From NCBI GenBank assembly GCA_017394835.1, contig JAFPXD010000003.1, forward strand, positions 13,691 to 77,690: a DNA stretch of 64,000 nucleotides, written 5' to 3'. Positions 18,066-27,856 of the stretch are shown here, piece after piece. A program made the position numbers and the translations under genes. Below the pieces are notes generated by a model, which made no database searches, had not been told where the DNA came from, and saw only the letters and a list, made by a program, of their open reading frames with translations. This DNA comes from Clostridia bacterium (GTDB taxonomy: Bacteria > Bacillota > Clostridia > Christensenellales > CAG-138). Positions within the stretch are counted from its first letter, which is position 1. Every line of letters starts with the position of its first letter.

Positions 18066-18911
18066 TTGAAAAAGACCGGATCCAACAAGCCAGTTATCAT
18101 AATGATAGCCGCGGTGGTGCTGCTGCTCGTTATCGCGTTTTTCAGCGCGGGCTCACGCACTATACCGTGGGTCGAGAACGCTGTCGGGAGTGTGATACGC
18201 CCCATACAGACTTTCGCGTTCAAGGCTTCCAACGGGATCTCGGATTTTGTCAGGAACCTTTTTAACACCACCGACGAGGATCTTGAAATATCGAGGCTCA
18301 ATCAGGAGCTTGCTCATTACGAGCAGCTCAAGCTCGACGTTGAGGAGCTGAAGCAGGAAAACGAGCGTCTTCGCAGGATGCTGGATTACGCCGGCTCTTT
18401 GGGCGATTATTCCTGCACCGCAGGCAGGGTCATAGGCAGGTCGAACGGCATTTGGTTCGATACTCTTACGATCAACATAGGCAGGAGCAGCGGCATAGAA
18501 CCCGGGATGCCCGTTATCTGCGGCGATGGGCTCATAGGCAAGGTAACGGACGTGGGCTCCGGCTGGAGCAAGGTTACTGCAATGATAGATTCCTCCGTCA
18601 CCGTGGCTGCGACCGTCGAAAGGACGCGCGATAACTGCATGGTGCGCGGCATGTTCTCCACATCCGATACAGCCGGCAAGCTCGAGCTTTACTATCTTCC
18701 CACAGGTCTTACGGATCTCGTTCCCGGCGATATAATAATGACGAGCGGCATCGGCGGCGTTTATCCCAAGGGGATCAAGATCGGCACCGTCACCGAAGTC
18801 ATGCTCGATTCCGACCAGGCCGGCATAAACGCGATAGTCGAACCCTCCGTCGATTTCCTTCATATCGAGGAAGTGCTCGTCATTACGGGAAGCGGAGGTG
18901 AAGCGCAATGA
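18066..18911 (+). CDS. mreC: Rod shape-determining protein MreC
   Basis: It has an N-terminal TM anchor, a coiled-coil segment (ELAHYEQLKLDVEELKQENERLRRML) and a beta-rich C-terminus GLIGKVT…GGVYPKGIKIG. The start is TTG with GGGAGG upstream. It has an ATGA overlap with mreD. Confidence 0.9.
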   Translation: MKKTGSNKPVIIMIAAVVLLLVIAFFSAGSRTIPWVENAVGSVIRPIQTFAFKASNGISDFVRNLFNTTDEDLEISRLNQELAHYEQLKLDVEELKQENERLRRMLDYAGSLGDYSCTAGRVIGRSNGIWFDTLTINIGRSSGIEPGMPVICGDGLIGKVTDVGSGWSKVTAMIDSSVTVAATVERTRDNCMVRGMFSTSDTAGKLELYYLPTGLTDLVPGDIIMTSGIGGVYPKGIKIGTVTEVMLDSDQAGINAIVEPSVDFLHIEEVLVITGSGGEAQ

Positions 18912-19426
18912 GGAAATGGCTCCTTGCCGTTTCTATAATAGTCGTATTTTATCTCGACAACGTGCTCGTGACTTCCCTGCCGCTGCGCGGTCTGCGCCCC
19001 GATCTGACGCTTGCCTTCGTCGTATCGCTCGGAGTGCTCACGGGCTCCGTTCCCGCCGCCGCGATAGGCTTCGGGATGGGGCTTGCCGCCGATATTTTTT
19101 TCAACAAGATCGTAGGGCTCACCGCGCTTACCTATATGCTTTCGGGCGCGGCGGCCGGCCTCTTTTACCGCAAATACTATGCGGATAATCTCATAATCCC
19201 CGCCGCGGCCTGCGTCGTATGCTCCTTCATAAAGGAACACGTATTCATGTTCGCAGCGCTGCTCAAGGGTTCGCGGCCGCCCTACTTCAAAACGCTTATA
19301 AGCTTTATAGTGCCCTGCCTTGTTTTGACCGGAGCATTCTGCATTCTCATGCACCTTTACTGCAAGCACGCGCTCTTCAAGCCCCTTTGGAGGAAGGAAG
19401 CCATAAAGCTCGAAGAACAGGTATGA
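18908..19426 (+). CDS. mreD: Rod shape-determining protein MreD
   Basis: The 172-aa protein is polytopic and hydrophobic, and its position directly after mreC is conserved. Confidence 0.8.
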   Translation: MRKWLLAVSIIVVFYLDNVLVTSLPLRGLRPDLTLAFVVSLGVLTGSVPAAAIGFGMGLAADIFFNKIVGLTALTYMLSGAAAGLFYRKYYADNLIIPAAACVVCSFIKEHVFMFAALLKGSRPPYFKTLISFIVPCLVLTGAFCILMHLYCKHALFKPLWRKEAIKLEEQV

Positions 19427-19429
19427 TTT

Positions 19430-21982
19430 ATGTCCGTCAATAAAAACGAGATAGCAAAAAAGCCGCTTTCGAGGCTCATAATAATATCCGGGATACTTCT
19501 TGCGATGATGTTCACGCTCGTATTCCAGCTTTTCCGCGTGACTATCGCTCAGGGCGAATCCTTTGCGGAGGAAGCGAGTTCGAAGGCGAGCAGGGTCGTA
19601 ATAACCAAGGGCAAGCGCGGCCAGATACTTGACCGGAACGGCTTGGTGCTTGCGTATGACGAGGCGTGCTTCAACGTGGAATTCTACCGCAACCCCAACA
19701 GGCGCACGAATTATGACCGCGCGCTCTATACCGAGGCGCTTATAAAGGCGATAGGGATAATCGAAGAGGGCGGCAGCTCGGTCATAGACACCTCCTACAT
19801 AAAGATGGATGAAAACGGCGGGATCTATTATGATTTCGGCGTTACGAGCGAGACCTACGTTAAGGCCCGATACAGGAATTTCTGCAACGTGATGGGCTTC
19901 AACATGCCCGATGAGGACGATATGACCACCTGGATCTCCGCGCAGGATGCGTATCTCCGCCTCCGCAAGCTCTGGTTCATACCCGACGAGCTCTCTTTCG
20001 AGGAGGCGCGCAAGGTCATCTCGATATGGCAGGAGGTACTTCTCAACAATTACCGCTCCTATATGCCCGTCACGATAGCGTACAACGTAAACCTTGACGT
20101 TGTTGCGAAGATCGAGATGATGGCGGATGAGCTGCCCGGGCTCCAGACCTCGCAGAGCACCATGCGCCGCTACCCCTATGGGCAGATCGCCGCGCATATA
20201 GTGGGCTACTGCCAGAAGATGAGCGCCGAAAACGCAGAAGCGCTTATGGAAAAGGGCTATTCCTACGATGATTACATCGGCGTTTCGGGCGTTGAGGCCA
20301 CAATGGAAAACTATCTGACCGGCGCCACCAAGGAGCATCAGGGCTCCATCAGCCTTGAGGTCAATTCCAACGGAGCCGTTATTAACACGCTCGGCATCAC
20401 CCCCGCGACCGACGGCAACGACGTTACGCTCACCATCGACATGCCCATGCAGGCCGTCGCATATCAGGCGCTGCACGATATAATAGAGCATATCCACGAA
20501 AAGGAGCTCAAAAAGATCTACCCCAACGGGGATGGCGAAAAAGCCGAGCAATATCTTGAATATGAGGATATCCACCTTGCGGAGACCGGCGCTCTCATAG
20601 TCATGAAGGTCAACACGGGCGAGGTGCTCGCCCTTGCGAGCTACCCCTCCTACGATCCCAACTGGTTCATACGCGGCCTTTCCGAGGAGCAGGCGAAATA
20701 CCTCTACGGCGATCCCGAAGTCGAAGGCGATTTTGCCGAAAGGACTACTCCGACGAGGAACAAGGCAATTTCAATGACCCTCGCTCCCGGCTCCATATTC
20801 AAGATGTGCACCGGCCTTGCGGGGCTCATGGAGGGCGTGATAGGCCTTAACGAGACGATAAGCGATCAATCGCCCTATATCTATTTTGATGAGGAATCCG
20901 GCAAGGAAGTCGATACCAAAGCCAAATGCTGGACAAAAAACCCCGCCAAGCATTCCGATCAGGATATAATCAAGGCGCTGACCAATTCCTGCAACTATTA
21001 TTTCTATGAGGTAAGCTACCGCCTCGGCATAGACCGCCTCGTTTCCTGGGCGGAAAGGCTGGGCTTCACCTCCAAAACCGGCATAGAGCTCACGGGCGAA
21101 GCGAAGGGCATCGTAGGCGGGCAGGCTTCCATGTATGACAATACCCGCGCCTACAACGATCAGGATACCTCCATACCTCTGCTGGTTTACAGGAGCTTAT
21201 GCAGGCTTTTGAAGAGCTATCAGACTATGCGCGGCGTCGATATTGACGATGAGGATATCTCACTCTGCGCGCAGGATCTTATGGCCCTGCAGGACGGCAC
21301 CCTCAAGGGCAAGGGTTCCGAGGTGCGCCAGATACTTTCCAACTATTTGGGCATACCGGACGGTATTTCGAGGGCGCAGAGCTGGGACAGCCAGATAACC
21401 TCGCTCCTTTCCGAGCTGCAGTGGAAGGCTTCCCACACGATCCGAACCGGCATAGGCCAGGGCATAATGCTCGTCACGCCCATAGAGGCGGTCCGCTACG
21501 TTTCCGCGATAGCCAACGGCGGCACCGTCTATAACGCCCATATAGTCTCCTCAGTCGCCGATCCTGACGGCGTGAAGCTCATGCAGACGGAGCCCACAGT
21601 ATTCAACAGGATAGAAGCTCCCGAATCCTATTGGGATGCTCTTCAGCAGGGCATGAAGGGCGTTGTTTCGCCGGAGGACGGCGGTACGGCGGGCGCGGCG
21701 TTTTCAAAGGATTACGATAATTCCGGCTACCTTGCGCTGACGAGCGGCAAGACTGGTACGGCTCAGGTCGGCGGCGTGACCATAGATATTCAGAATACGA
21801 GCTGGTTCATCGCCTTCGCTCCCAACGACGATCCGGATATAGCGATCGTCGTATGCGTGCCCAACGGCCTTTCGGGCTCCTCCTCCGCCGGCGCGGTAGA
21901 GGACGTGCTCACCTATTACTTCACAAAAAAGTATTCGCTCGCTTCCGAAACGCTTGCGGGCATAAACGAGCTTACGCCTTAA
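19430..21982 (+). CDS. mrdA: Penicillin-binding protein 2 (class B transpeptidase), unusually long at 850 aa
   Basis: It has an N-terminal TM anchor and the transpeptidase triad SIFK (PGSIFK), SCN (TNSCNYYF) and KTGTA. Extra sequence lies between the SxN and KTG motifs. Confidence 0.9.
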   Translation: MSVNKNEIAKKPLSRLIIISGILLAMMFTLVFQLFRVTIAQGESFAEEASSKASRVVITKGKRGQILDRNGLVLAYDEACFNVEFYRNPNRRTNYDRALYTEALIKAIGIIEEGGSSVIDTSYIKMDENGGIYYDFGVTSETYVKARYRNFCNVMGFNMPDEDDMTTWISAQDAYLRLRKLWFIPDELSFEEARKVISIWQEVLLNNYRSYMPVTIAYNVNLDVVAKIEMMADELPGLQTSQSTMRRYPYGQIAAHIVGYCQKMSAENAEALMEKGYSYDDYIGVSGVEATMENYLTGATKEHQGSISLEVNSNGAVINTLGITPATDGNDVTLTIDMPMQAVAYQALHDIIEHIHEKELKKIYPNGDGEKAEQYLEYEDIHLAETGALIVMKVNTGEVLALASYPSYDPNWFIRGLSEEQAKYLYGDPEVEGDFAERTTPTRNKAISMTLAPGSIFKMCTGLAGLMEGVIGLNETISDQSPYIYFDEESGKEVDTKAKCWTKNPAKHSDQDIIKALTNSCNYYFYEVSYRLGIDRLVSWAERLGFTSKTGIELTGEAKGIVGGQASMYDNTRAYNDQDTSIPLLVYRSLCRLLKSYQTMRGVDIDDEDISLCAQDLMALQDGTLKGKGSEVRQILSNYLGIPDGISRAQSWDSQITSLLSELQWKASHTIRTGIGQGIMLVTPIEAVRYVSAIANGGTVYNAHIVSSVADPDGVKLMQTEPTVFNRIEAPESYWDALQQGMKGVVSPEDGGTAGAAFSKDYDNSGYLALTSGKTGTAQVGGVTIDIQNTSWFIAFAPNDDPDIAIVVCVPNGLSGSSSAGAVEDVLTYYFTKKYSLASETLAGINELTP

Positions 21983-22005
21983 GCTCTTACTGATTCAGGT
22001 ATAAA

Positions 22006-23127
22006 ATGTTTGTTGTTATCCCCGCCTACCGCCCGGACGTTAGGCTCCACAGTTTAATAGAGGGATTGAATGATGAAGGCGTTCGCTTCGTTATAGTTGA
22101 CGACGGGAGCGGCGTTTCCTATGCCTCGATATTCAGGAGCGCGGAAAAGGATCACGATAACGTGACCGTTATCCGTCACAGCCTTAACCGCGGCAAGGGA
22201 AGCGCGCTCAAGACCGCTTTCGAATACGTGAGCAGGATGTGCAGGCCCGGCGAATGCATACTCACCATTGACGCGGACGGCGAGCGTTTCACGGAATGCG
22301 CGAAAGGCGTCGTTTCCGCCTGGCGCGAGGATCCTTCGCGCCTTGTTATAGGCAGCCGCAAATACCGCGAAAAACCGCCCTTCAAGAGCCGCTTCATTAC
22401 CGGAGTAACGAGGAGCGTCTTTGCCGTTACGACGGGCGTTCGCGTCAACGATATCCTTTCCGGGATAAGAGCTTTTTCTGCGGATCTCATACCTGAGCTC
22501 TTGAAGGTCAAGGGCGACCGATACGATTTCGAGATAGCGGAGCTCCTTTACGCGGCGCAGCACCATATCGAGATAAAGGAGATCGCTTTCGAGACCGAAT
22601 ACGTCCCCGACAGCCGAAGCGAGCATTTCCGCCTCTTCCGCGATTCGTGGCTCATCTATAAGATGATATTCGTGTTCATGCTTTCTTCGTTCAGCTGCTT
22701 CGTTATCGATTACAGCCTGCTCCTGATACTTGCGGGGGTGTTCAAAAGTCTGCGCTCCGCGGTCGAGACAGCGCCGGGCGAATTCGGTCTTCCCATGTTC
22801 GGAAGGCTCGTGGATACCCACCTCATCGCCCTCATAATAGCAAGGACGGTGAGCTCGTTCGTCAACTTCCTGCTGAATAGAAAGGTCGTATTCAAGACGG
22901 GCAGCAAGGCGGCGATAGTGCGCTTCTACGTAGTGATCGTCGGGCTGCTGCTTGCGAATTACGGCCTGCTCGCACTCGTTGTAAGGGATAACAGACTGCC
23001 TCTTTGGATCGCACAGCTCGTTGTTCAGGCGGTGCTCTACCCCTTCAGCTTTATACTGCAAAGAAAGTTCGTGTTCCCGGACAGGTATAAAAAAACGCCT
23101 GCGGGCCTGGAGAAAAAGGAGAACTGA
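22006..23127 (+). CDS. GT2 glycosyltransferase (polyprenyl-phosphate sugar synthase type) fused to a GtrA-like membrane domain
   Basis: The N-terminus VIPAYRP…VDDGS…IDADGE has the GT-A DxD architecture. The C-terminal ~140 aa form four TM helices ending …ILQRKFVF, as in GtrA-family proteins. Confidence 0.8.
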   Translation: MFVVIPAYRPDVRLHSLIEGLNDEGVRFVIVDDGSGVSYASIFRSAEKDHDNVTVIRHSLNRGKGSALKTAFEYVSRMCRPGECILTIDADGERFTECAKGVVSAWREDPSRLVIGSRKYREKPPFKSRFITGVTRSVFAVTTGVRVNDILSGIRAFSADLIPELLKVKGDRYDFEIAELLYAAQHHIEIKEIAFETEYVPDSRSEHFRLFRDSWLIYKMIFVFMLSSFSCFVIDYSLLLILAGVFKSLRSAVETAPGEFGLPMFGRLVDTHLIALIIARTVSSFVNFLLNRKVVFKTGSKAAIVRFYVVIVGLLLANYGLLALVVRDNRLPLWIAQLVVQAVLYPFSFILQRKFVFPDRYKKTPAGLEKKEN

Positions 23128-23714
23128 TGGTTCAAGGTTTCGCATTTATTCTCGAAAGCGCGCTGCTCGGCGTAGGTCTTGCTATGGACGCGTTTTCCGT
23201 TTCGCTTGCCAACGGCTTGAACGAGCCTAACATGAAGCCCCTTCGCATGAGCGGTATTGCGGGCGTTTTTGCGGGTTTTCAGGCGCTCATGCCCATGATA
23301 GGCTGGATATGCGTCCATACGATAGTAAGCAAATTCACCAAGCTGCAGGCTTACGTACCGATAGCCGCGCTCGTGCTCTTGCTTTTCATCGGGGGCAAGA
23401 TGATTTACGAGGGGATCAAAAACCGCAATTCGGGCCTTGAAAAGCCCGCCGTGGGCTTCGGAGCGCTGCTGCTGCAGGGGATCGCGACTTCGATAGACGC
23501 GCTCTCCGTTGGCTTCACGATCGCCGAATACGACCTCATGCACGCCTTGCTCTGCGCCGTTATAATCGCCGCCGTCACCTTTGTGATCTGCATGATAGGG
23601 CTTTTCCTCGGGAAGAAGGTCGGCACGAAGCTTTCGTGGAAGGCGTCTGTCCTCGGCGGTTTGATCCTCATAGGCATAGGGATCGAGATATTCGTTTCCT
23701 CCCTCATCCACTAA
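23127..23714 (+). CDS. mntP: Manganese efflux pump MntP
   Basis: The duplicated motifs LAMDAFSVSLANG and TSIDALSVGF, six TM segments and the 195 aa length fit MntP. The start overlaps the upstream stop (TGATG). Confidence 0.88.
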   Translation: MVQGFAFILESALLGVGLAMDAFSVSLANGLNEPNMKPLRMSGIAGVFAGFQALMPMIGWICVHTIVSKFTKLQAYVPIAALVLLLFIGGKMIYEGIKNRNSGLEKPAVGFGALLLQGIATSIDALSVGFTIAEYDLMHALLCAVIIAAVTFVICMIGLFLGKKVGTKLSWKASVLGGLILIGIGIEIFVSSLIH

Positions 23715-23736
23715 ACAAAAACTCAATACACGGCGC

Positions 23737-23775
23737 GAAAAAAGGCGGTTCCCGCAGGAACCGCCTTTAGGTTTG
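23737..23775. terminator. Bidirectional intrinsic terminator (mntP + / rpmA -)
   Basis: AAAGGCGGTTCC-CGCA-GGAACCGCCTTT is a perfect 12-bp stem, with an A-run upstream and a T-rich run downstream. Confidence 0.85.
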
Positions 23776-23788
23776 TCATTCGGATCGA

Positions 23789-24079
23789 TTACGCGATCTC
23801 TTCCTTCTCATAAACGCTTACGCACTTATAACCGCCATGCTTGGTCTCGAAACGGACTACGCCGTCGATCTTGGCGAAAAGGGTATCATCCTTGCCGATA
23901 CCGACATTGGTGCCGGGATGGAAGTGAGTGCCGCGCTGGCGAACGAGGATGTTGCCCGCGAGGACAAACTGACCGTCAGCACGCTTGGGCCCCAGACGCT
24001 TGGATTCGCTTTCACGACCGTTGCGGGAGCTACCAACGCCCTTTTTATGTGCAAAAAGCTGCAGATCGAACCTGAACAT
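23789..24079 (-). CDS. rpmA: 50S ribosomal protein L27 with Prp-cleavable N-terminal extension
   Basis: The N-terminus [30 protein letters not shown]… has the Firmicute LQxFA|xKKG propeptide followed by the conserved L27 core. Confidence 0.97.
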   Translation of the reverse strand: MFRFDLQLFAHKKGVGSSRNGRESESKRLGPKRADGQFVLAGNILVRQRGTHFHPGTNVGIGKDDTLFAKIDGVVRFETKHGGYKCVSVYEKEEIA

Positions 24080-24414
24080 TAAGCCTTTACCTCCCTCTTG
24101 ATAACTTTGAGATAGTCACTGTAATTTTCTTCAACGGAACGAAGCCCCAAAAGCATCGTTCCAAGTATCAGCTCCGCCTTTTCGCTATGCTCCGAGGTCA
24201 TCCCTTCGGGAAGCATCATGCGAAGCTCGCCGTCGTTCTGTGAGATATCGGACTCGACTCCGACAAGCTCGAGCACGCCGAGATACGCCGTTTGAGTTAG
24301 GGCCGATACCGCCGCGCAGACGATATCCTCACCTCTTTCGGCATAACCCGAATGCCCCTTCGCCCGGAAACCGCGGATCCGATCCCCGTTATAATAGACG
24401 GTAATCGTGGTCAT
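24079..24414 (-). CDS. prp: Ribosomal-processing cysteine protease Prp
   Basis: The sequence is [43 protein letters not shown], which contains the His…DIVCAAVS catalytic dyad motif. It lies between rplU and rpmA. The start was trimmed from the 176-aa ORF-track entry to ATG 24414. Confidence 0.9.
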   Translation of the reverse strand: MTTITVYYNGDRIRGFRAKGHSGYAERGEDIVCAAVSALTQTAYLGVLELVGVESDISQNDGELRMMLPEGMTSEHSEKAELILGTMLLGLRSVEENYSDYLKVIKREVKA

Positions 24415-24427
24415 ATCGCGACCTCTC

Positions 24428-24733
24428 TCAGCCAATAGAAAGGACCTTGACCTTAGTGTACGGCTGGCGATGGCCCTGCTTCTTGCGAATGTTCTTCTTG
24501 GGCTTATACTTGAAGACGATGACCTTCCTGCCCTTGCCGTGCTCGACGACTTCAGCCTTCGCGCAAACGCCCTCAACATAGGGCTTGCCGACCTTAACGG
24601 CTTCGCCATCCGCCATCATCAGTACATCGAAATTGACGGTTTCGCCAACTTCGGCATCGAGCTTTTCGACAAGGATCTCATCGCCCTGCTCGACCTTGTA
24701 CTGCTTACCGCCGGTTACGATAATAGCGTACAT
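24428..24733 (-). CDS. rplU: 50S ribosomal protein L21
   Basis: The N-terminus [18 protein letters not shown]…, the 101 aa length and the AAGGAGG RBS all fit L21. Confidence 0.97.
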   Translation of the reverse strand: MYAIIVTGGKQYKVEQGDEILVEKLDAEVGETVNFDVLMMADGEAVKVGKPYVEGVCAKAEVVEHGKGRKVIVFKYKPKKNIRKKQGHRQPYTKVKVLSIG

Positions 24734-24858
24734 CAGAAACTCCTCCTTGACAGATCTCGCCCGCAGCTTCGGTGCGCGCCTTTGATCACGGCACAGCTTA
24801 AGAACCGACTCGGAGCGGCTTACCGAACTATGTTACCACTTTCTTCGGGCTTTGTCAA
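24734..24858 (-). promoter_or_regulatory. rplU-prp-rpmA promoter plus ~90-nt structured 5' leader (possible L21-leader type autoregulatory RNA)
   Basis: On the minus strand the promoter reads TTGACA (24858-24853), 17 nt, TAACAT (24835-24830). The leader contains several short GC hairpins. Assigning it to the L21 leader family rests on position only. Confidence 0.4.
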
Positions 24859-24968
24859 TCACTTTTTCAGCGAAAACCCTATATATTTTGCGGGATCATG
24901 CGCCCTCCGGGCACGATGCGCATAAATTTTCCGCTTGACCTTTTTCGCCAAAATGCTACAATCAAGGC

Positions 24969-25841
24969 ATGGACATTCGTTTGACTGAAAACGCCGTCGC
25001 ATTCGGCGGCATAGATTGCTTCGATCTTGAAAAAAGCTGCTCCTGCGGGCAGGCTTTCCGGTGGCGGCCTTATGCGGGCGGCCAACTCGGCATAGTACGC
25101 GGCGAAGCGGCGCTTCTTATGCAGGATGAAAACGGCGTAACGGTGCACGGCGCCTCCCCCGCCTCCGCAGGTATGTGGGCGCATTATCTCGATCTCGGAC
25201 GCGATTATTCCGCGATAGAGCGGGCGGTATCGAAGGACCCCCGTCTTGCGGTCTGCTTCCCGGAAGCGCACGGCATACGCGTATTCAATCAGGAGCCTTT
25301 CGAAGCGCTGATCTCGTTCATAATTTCGCAGAACAACAACATAAAACGCATATCGGGCATAGTGGAAAGGCTGTGCGCGTTATGCGGCGAGCCCGTCGAA
25401 TTCATGGGCGAAAGGCTCAATGCGTTCCCCTCCCCCGAAAGGCTCGCAGCCGTTTCGGAGGATGCGCTCACCGCGATCGGCACGGGCTACCGTGCGCCTT
25501 TCATAAAGGCGGCGGCAGAAAGGGTCGCTTCGGGCTATGACCTTGAAAAGCTCCGCGATATGAGTCTTTCGGAAGCAAGGCAGGAGCTTTTGAGCTTTTA
25601 CGGCATAGGGCCCAAGGTCGCGGACTGCGTGCTGCTCTTTTCGCTTCAGCACAGCGACGCGTTCCCCATAGACGTATGGATCGACCGAGCGATGAAGGCA
25701 ATGTTCTTCGAGGGCAGCAAGGCGAAAAAAGCGGAGCTTTACGAAGCGGTCTCCTCCCTCGGGGAGTATTCGGGCATTATCCAGCAATACATATTCCAAT
25801 ACGCACGGAAGCTGGGCAAGGACGGACTCGAAAAGCGCTGA
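24969..25841 (+). CDS. ogg: 8-oxoguanine DNA glycosylase / HhH-GPD family N-glycosylase-lyase (Ogg-type)
   Basis: It has an OGG-like N-terminal domain and the HhH-GPD segment FYGIGPKVADCVLLFSL…AFPIDVWI. Confidence 0.8.
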   Translation: MDIRLTENAVAFGGIDCFDLEKSCSCGQAFRWRPYAGGQLGIVRGEAALLMQDENGVTVHGASPASAGMWAHYLDLGRDYSAIERAVSKDPRLAVCFPEAHGIRVFNQEPFEALISFIISQNNNIKRISGIVERLCALCGEPVEFMGERLNAFPSPERLAAVSEDALTAIGTGYRAPFIKAAAERVASGYDLEKLRDMSLSEARQELLSFYGIGPKVADCVLLFSLQHSDAFPIDVWIDRAMKAMFFEGSKAKKAELYEAVSSLGEYSGIIQQYIFQYARKLGKDGLEKR

Positions 25842-25896
25842 AGATCGGCGGCGCGGAGGGCGTCGGCGCCCGGAGCCGTTCTTGACGCGAATATAC

Positions 25897-25925
25897 TTGC
25901 CACCGCGTTCCGCGTGATGTATAAT
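25897..25925 (+). promoter_or_regulatory. Candidate promoter of buk
   Basis: TTGCCA (25897-25902), 17 nt, TATAAT (25920-25925). Confidence 0.6.
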
Positions 25926-25967
25926 AATCAATTGATGATAATAACTATCCGAAAGGAGTTTTTTGCA

Positions 25968-27050
25968 ATGGAAAAGAACTATCGCGTGCTTGCTATCAAC
26001 CCCGGCTCGACCTCCACGAAGGTCGGCGTCTATGATGGCTACGAGATGCTTTATGAGGGCACCGTCCGCCACAGCCAGGAGGAGCTGGCCAAGTTTGCCG
26101 CTATCCACGATCAGAAGAATATGCGTATGGAACTTGTTGAGGAGCTCGTTGAAGAAAACGGCTACAAGCTTTCCGAAATGGATGCTTTCGTCGGCCGCGG
26201 CGGCATTGTAAGGCCCTTGAAGAGCGGCGTTTATACCATCAACGAAAAGCTGATGGACGACCTTAAGAACCTTCCCAGCGCACAGCGTCACGCTTCCATG
26301 CTGGGCGGCGTTATCGCAAGGGCTTACGGCGATAAGTACGGCAAGCCCAGCTTTATAGTTGATCCCGTCACCGTTGACGAGCGTGACGAGGTGGCGACCG
26401 TTACCGGTCTTCCCATGATAAAGCGCGGCTGCATTTTCCATTGCCTCAACCAGAAATCCGTCTGCCGCTATCACTGCAGGCTCAACGGCATGAAGTATGA
26501 GGAGCACAACTTCGTTGTGGCTCACCTCGGCGGCGGAATCTCCGTTGCGGCTCACAGGAAAGGCGTCATAGTTGACGTTACCGACGCCATAGAAGGCGAA
26601 GGTCCCTTCACCCCCGAGCGCTGCGGCGCCCTCCCCGCAAAGCAGCTTGCCGACCTCATCTATGACGGCGGCTATTCCCGCGAAGAGATCTATAAGCTCA
26701 TCGCAGGCAAGGGCGGCTTCATGGCCTACTTCAACACCAATTCCGCCATTGACATTGAGAAGATGATCGAAGCGGGCGACGAGAAGGCGAAGCTCGTTTA
26801 CGAGGCGATGGCTTATAATATCGCAAAGAGCCTCGGCGCTATGGCGGCGGTCCTCAAGGGCGAGGTTGACGCCGTTCTTATCACCGGAGGCATAGCTTAC
26901 AGCAAGATGCTCACCGAATACCTTGTTGAGCACACAAAGTTCATCGCTCCCGTTGCCGTTTATCCCGGCGAAGGCGAGCTTTCGGCGCTTGCCGCGGGCG
27001 CTGTCCGCGTCCTTTCCGGCGAGGAGGATCCCAAAGAATACCTCGGCTGA
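25968..27050 (+). CDS. buk: Butyrate kinase
   Basis: The N-terminus MEKNYRVLAINPGSTSTKVGVYD is the ASKHA acetate/butyrate kinase N-terminus. The protein is ~360 aa. RBS GAAAGGAG lies 9 nt upstream of ATG 25968 (ORF-track start trimmed). No ptb gene is adjacent. Confidence 0.9.
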   Translation: MEKNYRVLAINPGSTSTKVGVYDGYEMLYEGTVRHSQEELAKFAAIHDQKNMRMELVEELVEENGYKLSEMDAFVGRGGIVRPLKSGVYTINEKLMDDLKNLPSAQRHASMLGGVIARAYGDKYGKPSFIVDPVTVDERDEVATVTGLPMIKRGCIFHCLNQKSVCRYHCRLNGMKYEEHNFVVAHLGGGISVAAHRKGVIVDVTDAIEGEGPFTPERCGALPAKQLADLIYDGGYSREEIYKLIAGKGGFMAYFNTNSAIDIEKMIEAGDEKAKLVYEAMAYNIAKSLGAMAAVLKGEVDAVLITGGIAYSKMLTEYLVEHTKFIAPVAVYPGEGELSALAAGAVRVLSGEEDPKEYLG

Positions 27051-27196
27051 TCGGCTGAATGATAGTCGGACGGTCGGCTGAGAATATCGGTCGGTCGTCC
27101 GAATTTTGTTATATGAAGCTTTTATCCCGTTTTTTTAACCTTTTTAAGAGGGAAAGGAGCGGCGAGATCCGCTTCTCCCCCGAGGAGTACGAAGGT

Positions 27197-27805
27197 ATGT
27201 ACGTGATCGTAGGGCTCGGCAATCCCGGGCGCGAATACGCAAACACCCGCCATAACGCAGGCTATATGGTGCTCGACATATTGGCCGAAAGGTTCAATAT
27301 AGATATAAAGCGCCATAATTTCCGTTCCGTATTCGGCGAAGGGCGCATCGGTTCGCAGAAGGTGGTGCTCGCCAAGCCGGAGACCTTCATGAACAATTCA
27401 GGCTTTGCCGTTCGCGATCTTCTTAATTGGTATAAGGTCGAGCACGATCACCTTATAATCGTGTATGACGACGCGGATATTCCCGTCGGCACGCTCCGCA
27501 TGCGCGAAAAGGGCTCCGCCGGCACCCATAACGGGATGAAGAGCATAGTCTATCAGTTGGGCTTTGACGATTTCCCCCGTGTGAGAGTCGGCATAGGCGG
27601 CGCGGCGCACGGCATGATAGGGCATGTTTTGGGCGCTTTTTCCGACGAGGAGGCCCCCGAGGTCAAAAAGGCGCTTTCCGATGCGGCTTCCGCAGTGGAG
27701 CTCACAGTATCGGGCAGTATGCAGGAGGCGCAGGCCAAATACAACCACAAGGGCAAAAACAATCCCAAGCCCAAGGCGCCGGACTCGCCCGAGGTCAAGG
27801 ATTGA
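27197..27805 (+). CDS. pth: Peptidyl-tRNA hydrolase
   Basis: The sequence MYVIVGLGNPGREYANTRHNAG… has GAGGAG 10 nt upstream of ATG 27197. An alternative upstream start at 27113 cannot be excluded. There is a Lys/Pro-rich C-terminal tail. Confidence 0.9.
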   Translation: MYVIVGLGNPGREYANTRHNAGYMVLDILAERFNIDIKRHNFRSVFGEGRIGSQKVVLAKPETFMNNSGFAVRDLLNWYKVEHDHLIIVYDDADIPVGTLRMREKGSAGTHNGMKSIVYQLGFDDFPRVRVGIGGAAHGMIGHVLGAFSDEEAPEVKKALSDAASAVELTVSGSMQEAQAKYNHKGKNNPKPKAPDSPEVKD

Positions 27806-27822
27806 GCTGATCATAAAATAAG

Positions 27823-27855
27823 AGCGGGTGCTTTATAAAGCATCCGCTTTTTTTA
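27823..27855 (+). terminator. Rho-independent terminator of pth
   Basis: The hairpin AGCGGGTGCTT-TATA-AAGCATCCGCT is followed by T7. The T-tract abuts the stop of the convergent phosphoesterase gene. Confidence 0.8.
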
Positions 27856-27856
27856 T

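Noticed and set aside
23100-23130. A yybP-ykoY manganese riboswitch in front of mntP.
   Set aside because: The mntP start codon overlaps the stop codon of the upstream GT2-GtrA gene, so there is no leader region.
24079-24609. The 176-aa ORF-track version of the gene between rplU and rpmA. Similar N-terminal over-extensions occur for buk (25914), pth (27059), cobC (32227), the decarboxylase (34261), the DtxR regulator (42992), udg (47437), rpsU (47287), apt (53028), scfA (56996), the S4 protein (38994) and the surface protein (40492).
   Set aside because: The extensions overlap the upstream genes or intergenic promoters, are Arg/Ser-rich nonsense, and lack RBSs. In each case an internal ATG has a good Shine-Dalgarno sequence and reproduces the canonical family N-terminus.
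27043-27110. The octamer TCGGCTGA occurs three times around the buk stop (27043, 27051, 27074), together with a TCGGACG…CGTCCGA stem followed by ATTTTGTT.
   Set aside because: This is probably just a weak buk terminator or attenuator with a long loop. The short repeats are too few and too short to assign a function. I did not list it as a feature because the hairpin has only 7 bp and a 23-nt loop.
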